This document shows, piece by piece, positions 28,736 to 38,658 of a stretch of DNA of 64,000 nucleotides. The position numbers and the translations under genes are program-made. Below the pieces are notes generated by a model that made no database searches, was not told where the DNA came from, and worked only from the letters and a program-made list of their open reading frames with translations. This DNA comes from Promethearchaeati archaeon SRVP18_Atabeyarchaeia-1 (GTDB lineage Archaea > Asgardarchaeota > Atabeyarchaeia > Atabeyarchaeales > Atabeyarchaeaceae): the NCBI GenBank assembly GCA_037308085.1, contig CP147779.1, forward strand, positions 960,001 to 1,024,000, written 5' to 3'. Numbering within the stretch: the first letter of the stretch is position 1; every line of letters starts with the position of its first letter.

Positions 28736-29833
28736 CTAACGCTTAGCTTTTCGCGTCTCCTCCGCTACTTTGCTTAGATTCTCGAGTCTCTTGTACACCG
28801 GTGGGTGCGTGGAGAAGAGTTGGTTCAAGCTCAGGAAGCTGTTCTTTCTTCTCCCGGTTTCCATGGCGGTGGCTATCTCTTTGTCCGTCAACATTCCATG
28901 GTCTCTGAGTTGTCGAACCTCATTCTGTGAATTCACCGGGTCAGCTATGAAAAAGGCACGTAGGCCCGACGCTTCGCCTTTGCTCTGCGTCAGTTTCGTC
29001 GATATCTTGATCAAGGCACTCTGAAGGCTCTTGGGATCCTTAGTTGTGACAGCGGAGTACCTGTCAGCCATGAACTCCCGGGTTCTACTCACGGCTCTCA
29101 CTATCATCATGAAGATGAAATAGACGAACAGCGAGAGAATACCAGCTGCCAGAATCAATGTCCCCGCATTGTTGTTCTTAGAGTTCTGCTGTCCACCGCC
29201 ATAGTATGCTGACATGAACGCCACTCTTGACACCATGAAAGCAAGGAGTGGTAGGGCGCTTAGAATAGTTATCATTATGTAGTCCTTGTGCTTCACGTGT
29301 CCAAGCTCGTGCCCTATTACACCTCGAGTCTCTTCCTCGCTAAGCGTCGTGAGTAATCCTTCAGTGACTGCCAATGTTGCGCCTTTTGCCGTCCTGCCAA
29401 AAGTAAATGCGTTGGGTTCCTTCATGGGGCTTACAGCTATTTTTGGATTAGGAAGGTTGCTCTTCTCCGCCAGCTCCTTGACAGTTGATTCTAGCCATGG
29501 GTTGTCGCCAGGCTTTAGGTACTTCAGCTTCATAACCCTTCCTACGATACTAGGACCCGTGAGATACTGTATCAGCACAAATATGATTGTGATTATGAAT
29601 GGGTAGAAGAGCGGTCCCATTATCGCGTTAACGAAGAGGACAAGCACATTATTCAGGGGCACGCCTATGAACGGTATCGAACGAATAAGTGGAACATGCG
29701 AAATTGTCAGTATCTGGGCACTCGGCAAATACCCCTGCAGCAGATAAGTTATTCCCCACACGAAGAGGAAGAAAACTATCGAGGACAATAGGAAAGCAAT
29801 GAACATTCTCAACTTTAATCTAATATATGCCAA
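28736..29833 (-). CDS. htpX: M48 zinc metalloprotease HtpX
   Basis: PNAFTFG, HELGHVKH, REFMAD, FSTHPP. Confidence 0.92.
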   Translation of the reverse strand: MAYIRLKLRMFIAFLLSSIVFFLFVWGITYLLQGYLPSAQILTISHVPLIRSIPFIGVPLNNVLVLFVNAIMGPLFYPFIITIIFVLIQYLTGPSIVGRVMKLKYLKPGDNPWLESTVKELAEKSNLPNPKIAVSPMKEPNAFTFGRTAKGATLAVTEGLLTTLSEEETRGVIGHELGHVKHKDYIMITILSALPLLAFMVSRVAFMSAYYGGGQQNSKNNNAGTLILAAGILSLFVYFIFMMIVRAVSRTREFMADRYSAVTTKDPKSLQSALIKISTKLTQSKGEASGLRAFFIADPVNSQNEVRQLRDHGMLTDKEIATAMETGRRKNSFLSLNQLFSTHPPVYKRLENLSKVAEETRKAKR

Positions 29834-29959
29834 CGCTTACTCCTCCTTCTCAATGAGCAAAGGTTCAGGCGGTATTAAATCTTTTTATGCTAACATTCGT
29901 GATCCCTCACAACATTAAAATAATCAAGTTAAGCCTTTAATGCTGCCTACAGTTAGGAG

Positions 29960-30025
29960 AGAAAGCCGTAGTCCGTGAAGCAAGTAGCGCCGGCGGGTAA
30001 GTCGCAAAGTGTGTTTTTCACACGG
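29960..30025 (+). promoter_or_regulatory. Structured non-coding leader or sRNA sharing a 14-nt core with the mtnP insert
   Basis: CGTGAAGCAAGTAG at 29974-29987, downstream of TTTAA (29936-29940); hairpin GTGTG-TTTTT-CACAC at 30009-30023. Confidence 0.35.
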
Positions 30026-30116
30026 TGCACCTATGAAGAAGACCAAATGAATCGTCCTCACATGCGTGTAATTGAATTCGAGCCGTTTTCAAATCTAGCC
30101 CTCGAGGTGGTAGTCG

Positions 30117-32234
30117 CTGACAAGCATTCCAGAGAGAATATTCAGCCCTTCAGCATTAGCGGTCATTGGCGCTTCAAGGAGTTCCGAGAAGATAGGGAAT
30201 GTTGTTCTTCGCAACATAATCCAAAGCGGTTACAAAGGAAGAGTCTTTCCGATAAATCCGAACGCACCTGAGATCCTCGGTCTGAAAGCGTACCCGAAGA
30301 TCTCTGATGTCAGCGAAGCGGTTGATCAGGCTGTCATAAACATTCCAGCCGAGTCTGTTCCTGAATCATTAGTTGAGTGCGGAGAAAAGGGCGTAAAGAG
30401 CGTTGTCGTAATTACAGCCGGCTTCAAGGAGGTCGGGTACGAAGGCGCCCAACTCGAGAGGCAGACAGTAGAGGTTTGTAGAAAGTACGGCATGCGCATG
30501 CTTGGGCCGAACGTAGTAGGGTATATAGATACATGGACACCAATCAACGCGACATTTGCCCCAAATATGGCCTTAAGGGGGAATATTGGTCTCGTCTCGC
30601 AGTCAGGAGCCTTATGCACATCCATTCTCGACTGGTCTCGCGAAGTGGGGATAGGATTCTCGAAGTTCATCAGTGTAGGCAACAAAGCTGACCTCACGGA
30701 GTCAGACATGCTTGAAATCATGTCCTCAGATCCCAAGACGCGCGTCATAGTTCTCTACATAGAATCAGTTGTCAATGGACCCAGGTTCATCGAAGTTGCT
30801 CGAAGAGTTACTAGGAATAAACCGGTTGTAGTACTGAAGTCAGGGGTGTCAGAGGCAGGTGCGCGAGCTGCGTCATCACATACAGGCGCCCTTGCAGGTA
30901 GCGACATCGGGGTAGAAACCTCCTTCAACCAATTAGGCGTCTTGCGGGCACACTCCTTAGGTCAGCTATTCGATCTCGCAATCACACTATCGACCCAGCC
31001 AATCCCGAAAGGGGATGATGTGGCAGTAGTTACGAACGCTGGGGGCCCAGGTGTTCTGTCTGCGGATGCCGCAGAAATGATAGGATTGAGAATGACATCA
31101 CTTACGACGGAAACGATAACGGCTCTGCGCGAGAACCTGCCTTCAGAGGCTGCGGTCAATAACCCCGTTGACGTAGTCGGTGATGCCGACATCAAACGCT
31201 ATGAGTTTGCGCTCAGAACAGTTCTGAAAGATCCAAACGTACACAACGTAATCGCGATGATAGCTCCAGTTGCCGTCCTTCCACCCGAGAAGCTGGCTGA
31301 GCTCCTCATATCAATAAAGAAGGAGGGCGTCGACAAGCCACTGATAGGCGTACTCGTGGGAGGAGGAACAATGAGAAAGGCTCGCGAGAGCCTCATGTCT
31401 TCGGGTGTTCCAACATTTACGTTTCCAGAGGAAGCCATGCAGACGATCCTCGGTCTGACAAAATACGCGAAAATCCTAGAGATCCCAGCTGAGGAGGAGA
31501 CACCGAAATTCAGCATAAACAAGGACAAGATAAGGAGCATAATAGACGGCGCATGGAAGGATGGTAGGACATCGCTCCTTGGGTCTGAATCCTTCGCAAT
31601 CGCGGAAGCTTGTGGCATGAGCGCTCCCCCAACCAGACTTGCTACCACATCGAAACAGGCAGCAGAATTGGCAGAAGAGATGGGCTACCCTATCGCCCTC
31701 AAAGTATCTTCACCGCAGATTCTGCATAAGACAGATGTCGGGGGAGTCAAACTCAATCTGGGCTCCGCCAAGGAGGTCGAAGTCGCATTCACACAGATAA
31801 TGGATCTCGTATCGTCAAGATTCCCCGATGCTAGGATATATGGCTGTGACCTGCAAAAGATGGTTAAGCCAGGCTTTGAACTGATAATGGGCTCCACAAA
31901 AGACTTGGTATTCGGTCCTCTAGTCATGTTTGGTTTAGGAGGAATATTCGCCAACTTCCTGAAGGATGTCGCGTTTGGGCTGGCACCAATCAGCCAGAGG
32001 GTTGCCAAAGAGATGATTGCCCGTACCAAAGCATTCTCGATACTCAGAGGAGCGAGAGGAATAAAGCCCTACGACGTGGACGCGATATCGGAGATGCTCC
32101 TCAGACTCTCACAACTTGTCACAGAATTCCCTGAAATAACTGAAGCCGACATCAACCCCGTGTTCGCCTATCCTGCCGGCCAAGGATGCATAGCACTGGA
32201 TGTGAAACTGATTGTAAGCGGAAAGAGCTTGTAG
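30117..32234 (+). CDS. acd: ADP-forming acetate/acyl-CoA ligase, alpha-beta fusion, probable CTG start
   Basis: Frame upstream of ATG 30492 reads IFSPSALAVIGASRSSEKIG..FPINP (CoA-binding domain); SQSGA, SHTGALAG, TNAGGPG, HKTDVGGV; in-frame TAG at 30111, GAGGTG RBS, then CTG 30117. Confidence 0.9.
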   Translation: MTSIPERIFSPSALAVIGASRSSEKIGNVVLRNIIQSGYKGRVFPINPNAPEILGLKAYPKISDVSEAVDQAVINIPAESVPESLVECGEKGVKSVVVITAGFKEVGYEGAQLERQTVEVCRKYGMRMLGPNVVGYIDTWTPINATFAPNMALRGNIGLVSQSGALCTSILDWSREVGIGFSKFISVGNKADLTESDMLEIMSSDPKTRVIVLYIESVVNGPRFIEVARRVTRNKPVVVLKSGVSEAGARAASSHTGALAGSDIGVETSFNQLGVLRAHSLGQLFDLAITLSTQPIPKGDDVAVVTNAGGPGVLSADAAEMIGLRMTSLTTETITALRENLPSEAAVNNPVDVVGDADIKRYEFALRTVLKDPNVHNVIAMIAPVAVLPPEKLAELLISIKKEGVDKPLIGVLVGGGTMRKARESLMSSGVPTFTFPEEAMQTILGLTKYAKILEIPAEEETPKFSINKDKIRSIIDGAWKDGRTSLLGSESFAIAEACGMSAPPTRLATTSKQAAELAEEMGYPIALKVSSPQILHKTDVGGVKLNLGSAKEVEVAFTQIMDLVSSRFPDARIYGCDLQKMVKPGFELIMGSTKDLVFGPLVMFGLGGIFANFLKDVAFGLAPISQRVAKEMIARTKAFSILRGARGIKPYDVDAISEMLLRLSQLVTEFPEITEADINPVFAYPAGQGCIALDVKLIVSGKSL

Positions 32235-32638
32235 AGTATTCGGACGGAGAAGAGCCCAGTAACCCCAACGCGTGGTTTGCACAACCAGAAACACTTAAAG
32301 AGAGAGGAGGTGCAGAATGAAGCAAAATAGAGACGCCACGAGGCTAAGATAGAAGTCAGGAAGCGGACGAACAGTGCCCCATGTGCATCTTGAAATGAAA
32401 TCCAGTGAGGTTCTTTGGAGGCTCAGGAACAAGAAAGCCTCTGCCACTTTCGTCGCATACTGTTTTTCATGAGAAATTATCGCTTCCTTTCCTCTGCTGG
32501 CCCCCTTTTGGGATATGAGCTGTTTCCCGAAGTTTCGCTTTTTTTCCAGTAGCGATTTTCATTTGTCTTATGATTTCAGCGGTTTTCTCCTCGAAGTCCG
32601 AGTAAGTGATCACTTTGATGAGGAGTTCTGAAAGGCAT

Positions 32639-33682
32639 TTACTCGCATATCTTATATGCGCGATCTGATGTTACTACGTAGATTCCGTAACCGGAATCAA
32701 GGTAATCTTCTGCCTTCTTCTTAAGATGGTTCCAGTAATCAGTGCTTTCTAGTCCCGTGACTTCAAGTATCGTATGGCCAAACAGAAAGTCTGGTATGTA
32801 CCAGTGCTCCCTGATTTTCAGGTTCTTGTGGAATTCAAAGCACGCACCATGGTTCTCTAATAGTTTCTTGACCCTAAGTTCGAGCATACTGTCTGCCCCT
32901 TCTCGTTTCGCTTCTGGTGAACCAAACCCTGTAGATATTCTTCGCTTGAGAGGTCTTACCTCTTCCATGATCTTCCTGTATTTCTTTATGTTGTCTCGTC
33001 GTAGCCTTCCAGCCAGAGTTGGGTAGGCGACCTTGTATTTCTTAGCTATTTGCGTGACTGGTAGTCCCCTCGCAAGTTCAGTCCAGACCGTCTGTAGATC
33101 GACGTTCTTCTTCTCTGCATGTCGATGTTTCTTTGCTACTCTCGTGTAATTCCTTGCGTCATCCCGCCGCAGTCTATTAATCAGTGTTGCATGGCTCACA
33201 TCATATTCTTTAGCGACTCTTGTTAGCGACGTCCCTCCGTAAAGTTCAGTCCAGACTGCCTGCAGGTCTACGATCTTCTTCTCGGCATGTCGTCGAGTCA
33301 TCATTATTCCATCGTATTTCATTGGGTCGTCTCGTCGTAACTTTCTGGCCAAAGTTGCACGATTGATCTTGCGTTTCCTAGCTATTTCTGTGATCGGCAT
33401 CCCATTCTTGAGTTCAGCCCAAGTTGATCTTAGGTCCACAATCTCCTGCGCGTTTCGACGGGTCTTCATTATTTCAGCATATTTCCAGGCATCGTCTTGC
33501 TTCAGCCTATTTACCACAGTTGTATGACTTACGCCGTGCCTGCGAGCGATCGCTATTAGCGAAGTCCCAAGCTCCAGTTCACTCCATATGACCTGCAGAT
33601 CTATCTCCTTCATATTCCTTCCTTTTCCTACTTCACCTCTTTCTCGCGGCATGTTTCTCCGAATTGTGCTGCACATGCGCAT
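32639..33682 (-). CDS. Four tandem HTH repeats plus C-terminal PD-(D/E)xK-like nuclease; C-terminus possibly frameshifted
   Basis: Four 55-56 aa repeats (DL..W.EL..G......A....V...TL...L..DD...Y); DSMLE...YIPDFL...ILEV.G; alternative start ATG 33613. Confidence 0.75.
   Translation of the reverse strand: MRMCSTIRRNMPRERGEVGKGRNMKEIDLQVIWSELELGTSLIAIARRHGVSHTTVVNRLKQDDAWKYAEIMKTRRNAQEIVDLRSTWAELKNGMPITEIARKRKINRATLARKLRRDDPMKYDGIMMTRRHAEKKIVDLQAVWTELYGGTSLTRVAKEYDVSHATLINRLRRDDARNYTRVAKKHRHAEKKNVDLQTVWTELARGLPVTQIAKKYKVAYPTLAGRLRRDNIKKYRKIMEEVRPLKRRISTGFGSPEAKREGADSMLELRVKKLLENHGACFEFHKNLKIREHWYIPDFLFGHTILEVTGLESTDYWNHLKKKAEDYLDSGYGIYVVTSDRAYKICE
32940..33610 (-). repeat. Intragenic tandem repeat, 4 x about 165-168 bp
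   Basis: Repeated AGTTCAGTCCAGAC and CTTCTC.GCATGTCG blocks on the + strand, matching the protein repeats. Confidence 0.75.
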
Positions 33683-34125
33683 CTGGTTACCCTCGCATCT
33701 TCTTTTGCAGTCGGAGAGTACTTCTCCTCCTTGCTTGGAGGAGGAGACTGATTCACTGATGTGCGCACTTGCTCCTTGAGGAGGTCATCATATGTTTTCT
33801 ATGAGACGATTTTCTCCGATGGCGATAGAGTGATCCTCCGTTTCCCTTGGATCTATTTAGACTCAACCAATCAAGTTCTCGAGCTCCGTCATATACCTTG
33901 ATCATGCTAATTGGTGCAATTTGGCGACTCATGAATTTCTACAATGAATCAGCAGATCACGGCTTAAAAGACTAAGAATAACTAGTAATCAGTCATTTCT
34001 GTAAGTTCAGCCCGGCTCGGCAGGTATGACTTTGAGTGGAAGATCACCTTAAAATATGCAAGGATGATTAATCCCAAGTGTGACAAGGCTAAAGAGACTT
34101 CAAGTTATCACTGAAGGGTTCGTGA

Positions 34126-35214
34126 TTGAATATGGCTAAATCCCTTTACGTAGTTTCGTCCAACGAGTTTTCTGGCAAGACTGCCGTTTGTTTGGGCTTG
34201 GCGCTCAGATTTAAGAAAGCCGGCCTGAAGGTGTCATACTTCAAACCCATAGCGCCCGCAATAAGTACAATAAGGGCGGGTCACCCGCATGATGACGACG
34301 CTCAGCTGATGATCGACACTCTCGGTCTGCCGTATCCTCTCACAACTGCAGTGGCAGGCTTTCTCGAGCGCCGCTACCTCGACAAGGTATCGCCAGAGTA
34401 TAGAGAGAACCTGATGAATAAGATAGACAAATCCTTCAAGGAAGTATCTAAAGACGCGGACGTAGTGATAGTGGAAGGTTGCAGAAGGTTCCGGGACGGA
34501 ATTGCGCTCGGCCTTGACCCCACTAGCCTTGCCAAGAGACTCGGATCTAAAATGCTAATTGTCTGCAAGGGTGGGGAAGACACCGTGGCCGACAAGATCA
34601 TAATCGAGAAAATGGTAACCGACTCGAATGAAGTCGACTTGATGGGGTGCGTTGTCAATAATGTCCCAAGAACGATGATAGAACGCGTTGAGGGGGTAGT
34701 CAGACCAATATTGGAGTCCAAGGGTGTCAATATTCTTGGGGTGATTCCCGAGGAGACTGGACTAACAGCCCCATCAGTAGCAGATATCCAAGCAGCACTT
34801 CAGGGCGAGGTGCTGGCAGGCGAGGAGAACTTCGATAGGATGGTCAGACAGATACTGGTAGGGGCGATGACTCCGAGCTCTGCGCTTAGGTTTTTGAGGA
34901 GCGCGGAGGATAAAGTTGTCGTTACTGGAGGAGACAGGGCCGACATAGCACTACTTGCGCTTGAGACTGATACCTCTCTTCTCGTGCTCACTGGAAACAT
35001 GTATCCCGATGTGCATGTTATCTCTAAGGCTAAAGAGAAGAAAGTGCCGGTGATCCTAGTTCCTGAGGACACATATGCGACTGTAAGCAAGATCGAGTCG
35101 GTTACAGGACGAATAAAGCCAGGTGATCAGAAGAAGATTTCCTTTGCAGAGCAGATTGTCACGAACTTTGTTGACTGGAAGCGCATACTTCAGACGCTCG
35201 GCGTCGAATTATAG
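34126..35214 (+). CDS. Phosphotransacetylase N-terminal-like protein (BioD-like AAA plus DRTGG domain)
   Basis: SGKT, YFKPI, VVIVEG, VGAMT, VTGGDRADI, LVLTG. Confidence 0.88.
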   Translation: MNMAKSLYVVSSNEFSGKTAVCLGLALRFKKAGLKVSYFKPIAPAISTIRAGHPHDDDAQLMIDTLGLPYPLTTAVAGFLERRYLDKVSPEYRENLMNKIDKSFKEVSKDADVVIVEGCRRFRDGIALGLDPTSLAKRLGSKMLIVCKGGEDTVADKIIIEKMVTDSNEVDLMGCVVNNVPRTMIERVEGVVRPILESKGVNILGVIPEETGLTAPSVADIQAALQGEVLAGEENFDRMVRQILVGAMTPSSALRFLRSAEDKVVVTGGDRADIALLALETDTSLLVLTGNMYPDVHVISKAKEKKVPVILVPEDTYATVSKIESVTGRIKPGDQKKISFAEQIVTNFVDWKRILQTLGVEL

Positions 35215-35448
35215 ACATCGGTTTGGATCGGAAAAATGAGTCGCCAATTAAAGAGCCTTGTTCGTTGACTCCTAATTGCTCATGAAGTGATCCGCAGACA
35301 AAATGGAATGTGACCAGGAATATGCTTTAATGCAGCTAGCCTCTGCCTACAAGGCTTGAGCGCAAAATAGAGTCTCAAGTTGAATTGGGCTGAAGAGCTT
35401 CTGCAGACGGATTGGGAATAAGCCCTCACGCAGGGGAGGTAGGATTCC

Positions 35449-36480
35449 TTGGCCGAAGTTGCTGTCTCGATGGAGAACCTAACAAAGAGGTTCGGAGACA
35501 TAGTGGCAGTTGACCATATCAGCCTAGAGATCAAAAAAGGAGAGATCTTCGGTCTCCTTGGACCGAATGGGGCTGGCAAAACTACCACCATAAGGATGCT
35601 CTGTACCCTCCTTGAGCCAACGAGTGGCACGGCGAAGGTTGCCGGGTATGACATAAGAAAACAGCCAGCTGATGTCAGACGCAACATAGGAGTGGTTTCT
35701 GAAGGGGTTGACCTCTACGGCGACCTAACAGCAAGAGAAAACTTGGTGCTCTTGGGTAAACTATTCGGCGTGCCTAAGAAGACGTTAATGAAGAGAATCG
35801 ACGAACTCATTGACTTTATCGGGCTTACCGGCAGGGCCAATGATCTCGTCTCAACGTTCTCGACGGGTATGAGAAAGAAAACTCTTATAGTGGCGTCCCT
35901 GATTCACAACCCTCAGCTTCTTTACTTGGATGAGGTGACGAGTGGGCTTGACCCCCAGACAGCAGTCTCAGTAAGGGAATTGACTCAGAAGCTTCGCGAA
36001 CAAGGAATCACAATAATATGGACAACCCATTACTTGGATGAGCCAGACAAGATATGCGATCGGGTGGGGATCATATATGGGGGAAGAATACTTGCGCTGG
36101 GTACCCCGAGAGAAGTGAAGAACATAGCATCCAGCTCAGCTACGTTAGAGTTCACTCTCAACAGCTCGCCTCCCCGAGAATGCATCGAATACTTCAAGAA
36201 GCTCGAAGGGGTGTTAGCGGTCAACGCAACTGGTAATACCCTGGACTTGACAGTTCATAATCATGAGGCATCCGTATCACGCATCATAGAATGTCTAACC
36301 AACTACAGAATGAAGATCACTGATCTTGCCAAGAAGGAACCCTCCCTTGAGGAGGCATTTCTCAAGTTGATTAGCGATGCCTCGGCTAAGGAATCGGAAG
36401 GCGCAAGAAGCGTAGAATCAGAAGTAGAGCGCCTCCGAAAAGAAATCGCTGAGGCAATAGACAAGATCAAGTCGGAATAA
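35449..36480 (+). CDS. ABC exporter ATP-binding subunit (DrrA-like)
   Basis: GPNGAGKTT, FSTGM, LDEVTSGLD, TTH. Confidence 0.92.
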   Translation: MAEVAVSMENLTKRFGDIVAVDHISLEIKKGEIFGLLGPNGAGKTTTIRMLCTLLEPTSGTAKVAGYDIRKQPADVRRNIGVVSEGVDLYGDLTARENLVLLGKLFGVPKKTLMKRIDELIDFIGLTGRANDLVSTFSTGMRKKTLIVASLIHNPQLLYLDEVTSGLDPQTAVSVRELTQKLREQGITIIWTTHYLDEPDKICDRVGIIYGGRILALGTPREVKNIASSSATLEFTLNSSPPRECIEYFKKLEGVLAVNATGNTLDLTVHNHEASVSRIIECLTNYRMKITDLAKKEPSLEEAFLKLISDASAKESEGARSVESEVERLRKEIAEAIDKIKSE

Positions 36481-36507
36481 GAGAAGGAAGATTTCGCACT
36501 TCACCAC

Positions 36508-37701
36508 TTGTCGTGTTCACAAGGACAATTATCGGTGAATCTGGTGAGAAGCTTGGGTCGACGCAGGGGATTGAGCACTGTCTACGATATCTCACTGGTG
36601 ACTCGTAAGGAGGTGCGGCAACTCTGGCGTGACAAGGCAAGCCTCACTCTGACATTCATAATACCTGTCGTGATACTGCTTGCATTCGGAGTCACAATCC
36701 CGTCTTCCTCATCGCTCGCCGCAACGAATGTTCCGATAAATACAGTCGTGTGTGATTTCGATAACACCACACTGTCACACGACTTCACGGCGATCATCGG
36801 CAACTCGACGTCGCTCTCACTGACTTTTCTGCAAGACGCCTCTCAGGCGAGATCTGGAGTTGAGTGGGGAACGTATTCAGCCGCCATAATAATCTACCAA
36901 GGATTCGCGGCAAACATCACGCGCCGGCCCTACCCGAGTAATATCAGCGTCACTTTGATAGTCGATGACTCAAAGTCGTACATAGTGGAGATAGTTCAAG
37001 GACAGGTTGCCAATGCGACTCAGATTTTCTTGGACCGAATAGGATTCCAATACGTCTCAACTTTCACACTTACCCAGGATAAGTTGAGCGGAAGGGATCT
37101 CTCATTCCGGTCAACGGCTGCCGCTCCAGTAATGGGCATCGCACTAGTATTCGGCTGTTTTGACGATGCGGCGGGATCCATGGCCCGGGAGCGGGAGCGA
37201 GGAACCTTCAGCCGGCTACTTTTGACGCCAATCAATAGACTCAGCATATTTATGGGAAAGACAATCTCCAGCATGATCCTAACTGTGGTGAGGACATCGC
37301 TTCTTCTTCTCGTCCTATTCTACTACCTCAATGTATCAATATCGGGTAGCCTGCTTCTAGTATTCCTGATAGCTCTCCTTATCGACACGACGACAGTAGC
37401 TCTAGGATTCGCGATCTCCTCTAGAGCGAAGAACACAAGGAGCGTTGTGATAGCCCAGATAGCTATCATGATCCCACTGATCTTTCTTACAGGTGTACTA
37501 AGACCACCAGAAGCCATGCCCGACTATGCGAGAGGGCTCGTCAATGCGATACCCTATACCTATGCAAACGATGCATTCAGGCGTGTAGTCAACTTGGGGC
37601 AGGGAATCCAATTCATATTGGGAGACATGGCGGTGCTCTTGGCAGCGACCATAATACTATTTGCGGTAGCCGCGACAATGATGAAGAGAAGCATAGTATA
37701 G
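36508..37701 (+). CDS. ABC-2 type permease
   Basis: KEVRQLWRD, ERERGTFSRLLLTP, multiple TM helices; start probably near 36571. Confidence 0.88.
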   Translation: MSCSQGQLSVNLVRSLGRRRGLSTVYDISLVTRKEVRQLWRDKASLTLTFIIPVVILLAFGVTIPSSSSLAATNVPINTVVCDFDNTTLSHDFTAIIGNSTSLSLTFLQDASQARSGVEWGTYSAAIIIYQGFAANITRRPYPSNISVTLIVDDSKSYIVEIVQGQVANATQIFLDRIGFQYVSTFTLTQDKLSGRDLSFRSTAAAPVMGIALVFGCFDDAAGSMARERERGTFSRLLLTPINRLSIFMGKTISSMILTVVRTSLLLLVLFYYLNVSISGSLLLVFLIALLIDTTTVALGFAISSRAKNTRSVVIAQIAIMIPLIFLTGVLRPPEAMPDYARGLVNAIPYTYANDAFRRVVNLGQGIQFILGDMAVLLAATIILFAVAATMMKRSIV

Positions 37702-37710
37702 GAAAGGAGA

Positions 37711-38475
37711 GTGGCCACTTCCATGGTTAGACTCAGCGGATCCCCCAGAAGCAACAGAAATGCCAAGAGACTGATCTCAGTGTCTACCATGGCAGGCATT
37801 ATCCTAGTCTGCGCCCTCTTAGGTCAATTGCCTACCACCACCCCATCGCAACTAGCTCCTACGTCGAGTCCAGCAGTTGTTCCCATGGGCGGAAACCCAT
37901 ACTGGAACATGGTGGGAACAATGGTTCTTTACAGAAACGGCTCCAAAGCTGGTAACCAGCCGTACTGGGTCGCACAATCTTTCCAAGTGACGAAGCCGGC
38001 ACCAGCATCAGTAATAGCGGGGCTCATAGTGTACGTCTGGTTAGCAAGAGACGTTCCACTGAATCAATCATTTCCGGAAACGGCTGACAATATCACTGTC
38101 CTGCTTGTCAACATTATGAATGGGACTCCAGACATCCCGAACCCAATCAGCAACCAAACGGTCAGCCCAGCAAACATATCGGCTGTAGGTCCGTATCCAC
38201 GAGGTGTAATGCAAACCAACAGTAGCCTCGCTATCCGTCTAAGTTTCTCCGCGCCAAGCCCCCTCGGTTTTGCAGAAGGAGAGTATGCGGTCTTCCTGTA
38301 CCGCAATAACTTGGGCGATAATGATGACTACCACATAGGGTATGCGTACTATTGGGCAGCCTCAAAGCTAGACATCTACTACGGCGGAGGAAGCTGGTCA
38401 CTTGACACAAACGGGACTTGGAGATACTATCCCATCGACATGTGCTTTGCGCTAGCCGAGATCACTGTCCCGTGA
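37711..38475 (+). CDS. Secreted or surface protein, unknown function
   Basis: N-terminal hydrophobic segment, P/T/S linker, beta-rich domain (AQSF), several N-x-S/T sequons. Confidence 0.65.
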   Translation: MATSMVRLSGSPRSNRNAKRLISVSTMAGIILVCALLGQLPTTTPSQLAPTSSPAVVPMGGNPYWNMVGTMVLYRNGSKAGNQPYWVAQSFQVTKPAPASVIAGLIVYVWLARDVPLNQSFPETADNITVLLVNIMNGTPDIPNPISNQTVSPANISAVGPYPRGVMQTNSSLAIRLSFSAPSPLGFAEGEYAVFLYRNNLGDNDDYHIGYAYYWAASKLDIYYGGGSWSLDTNGTWRYYPIDMCFALAEITVP

Positions 38476-38658
38476 CTACGATAAGATTAAAAGCGAAGCA
38501 AAACTATTCTTTCCCAAAATACCTTTCGTTCTCAGGGGTTTCCCCTTAATGATATGCTTCTAACTTTTATTGAAGCTCTATGGTTAGAGCAGCGTGGCTT
38601 GCTCAGGGGGTAGCAGGCAACCTGCTTTGTACGGCGATAGAAGCGAGGGCGATCATGG

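Noticed and set aside
29975-30271. 98-aa ORF upstream of acd
   Set aside because: It overlaps the true acd N-terminus out of frame and has no recognisable motif.
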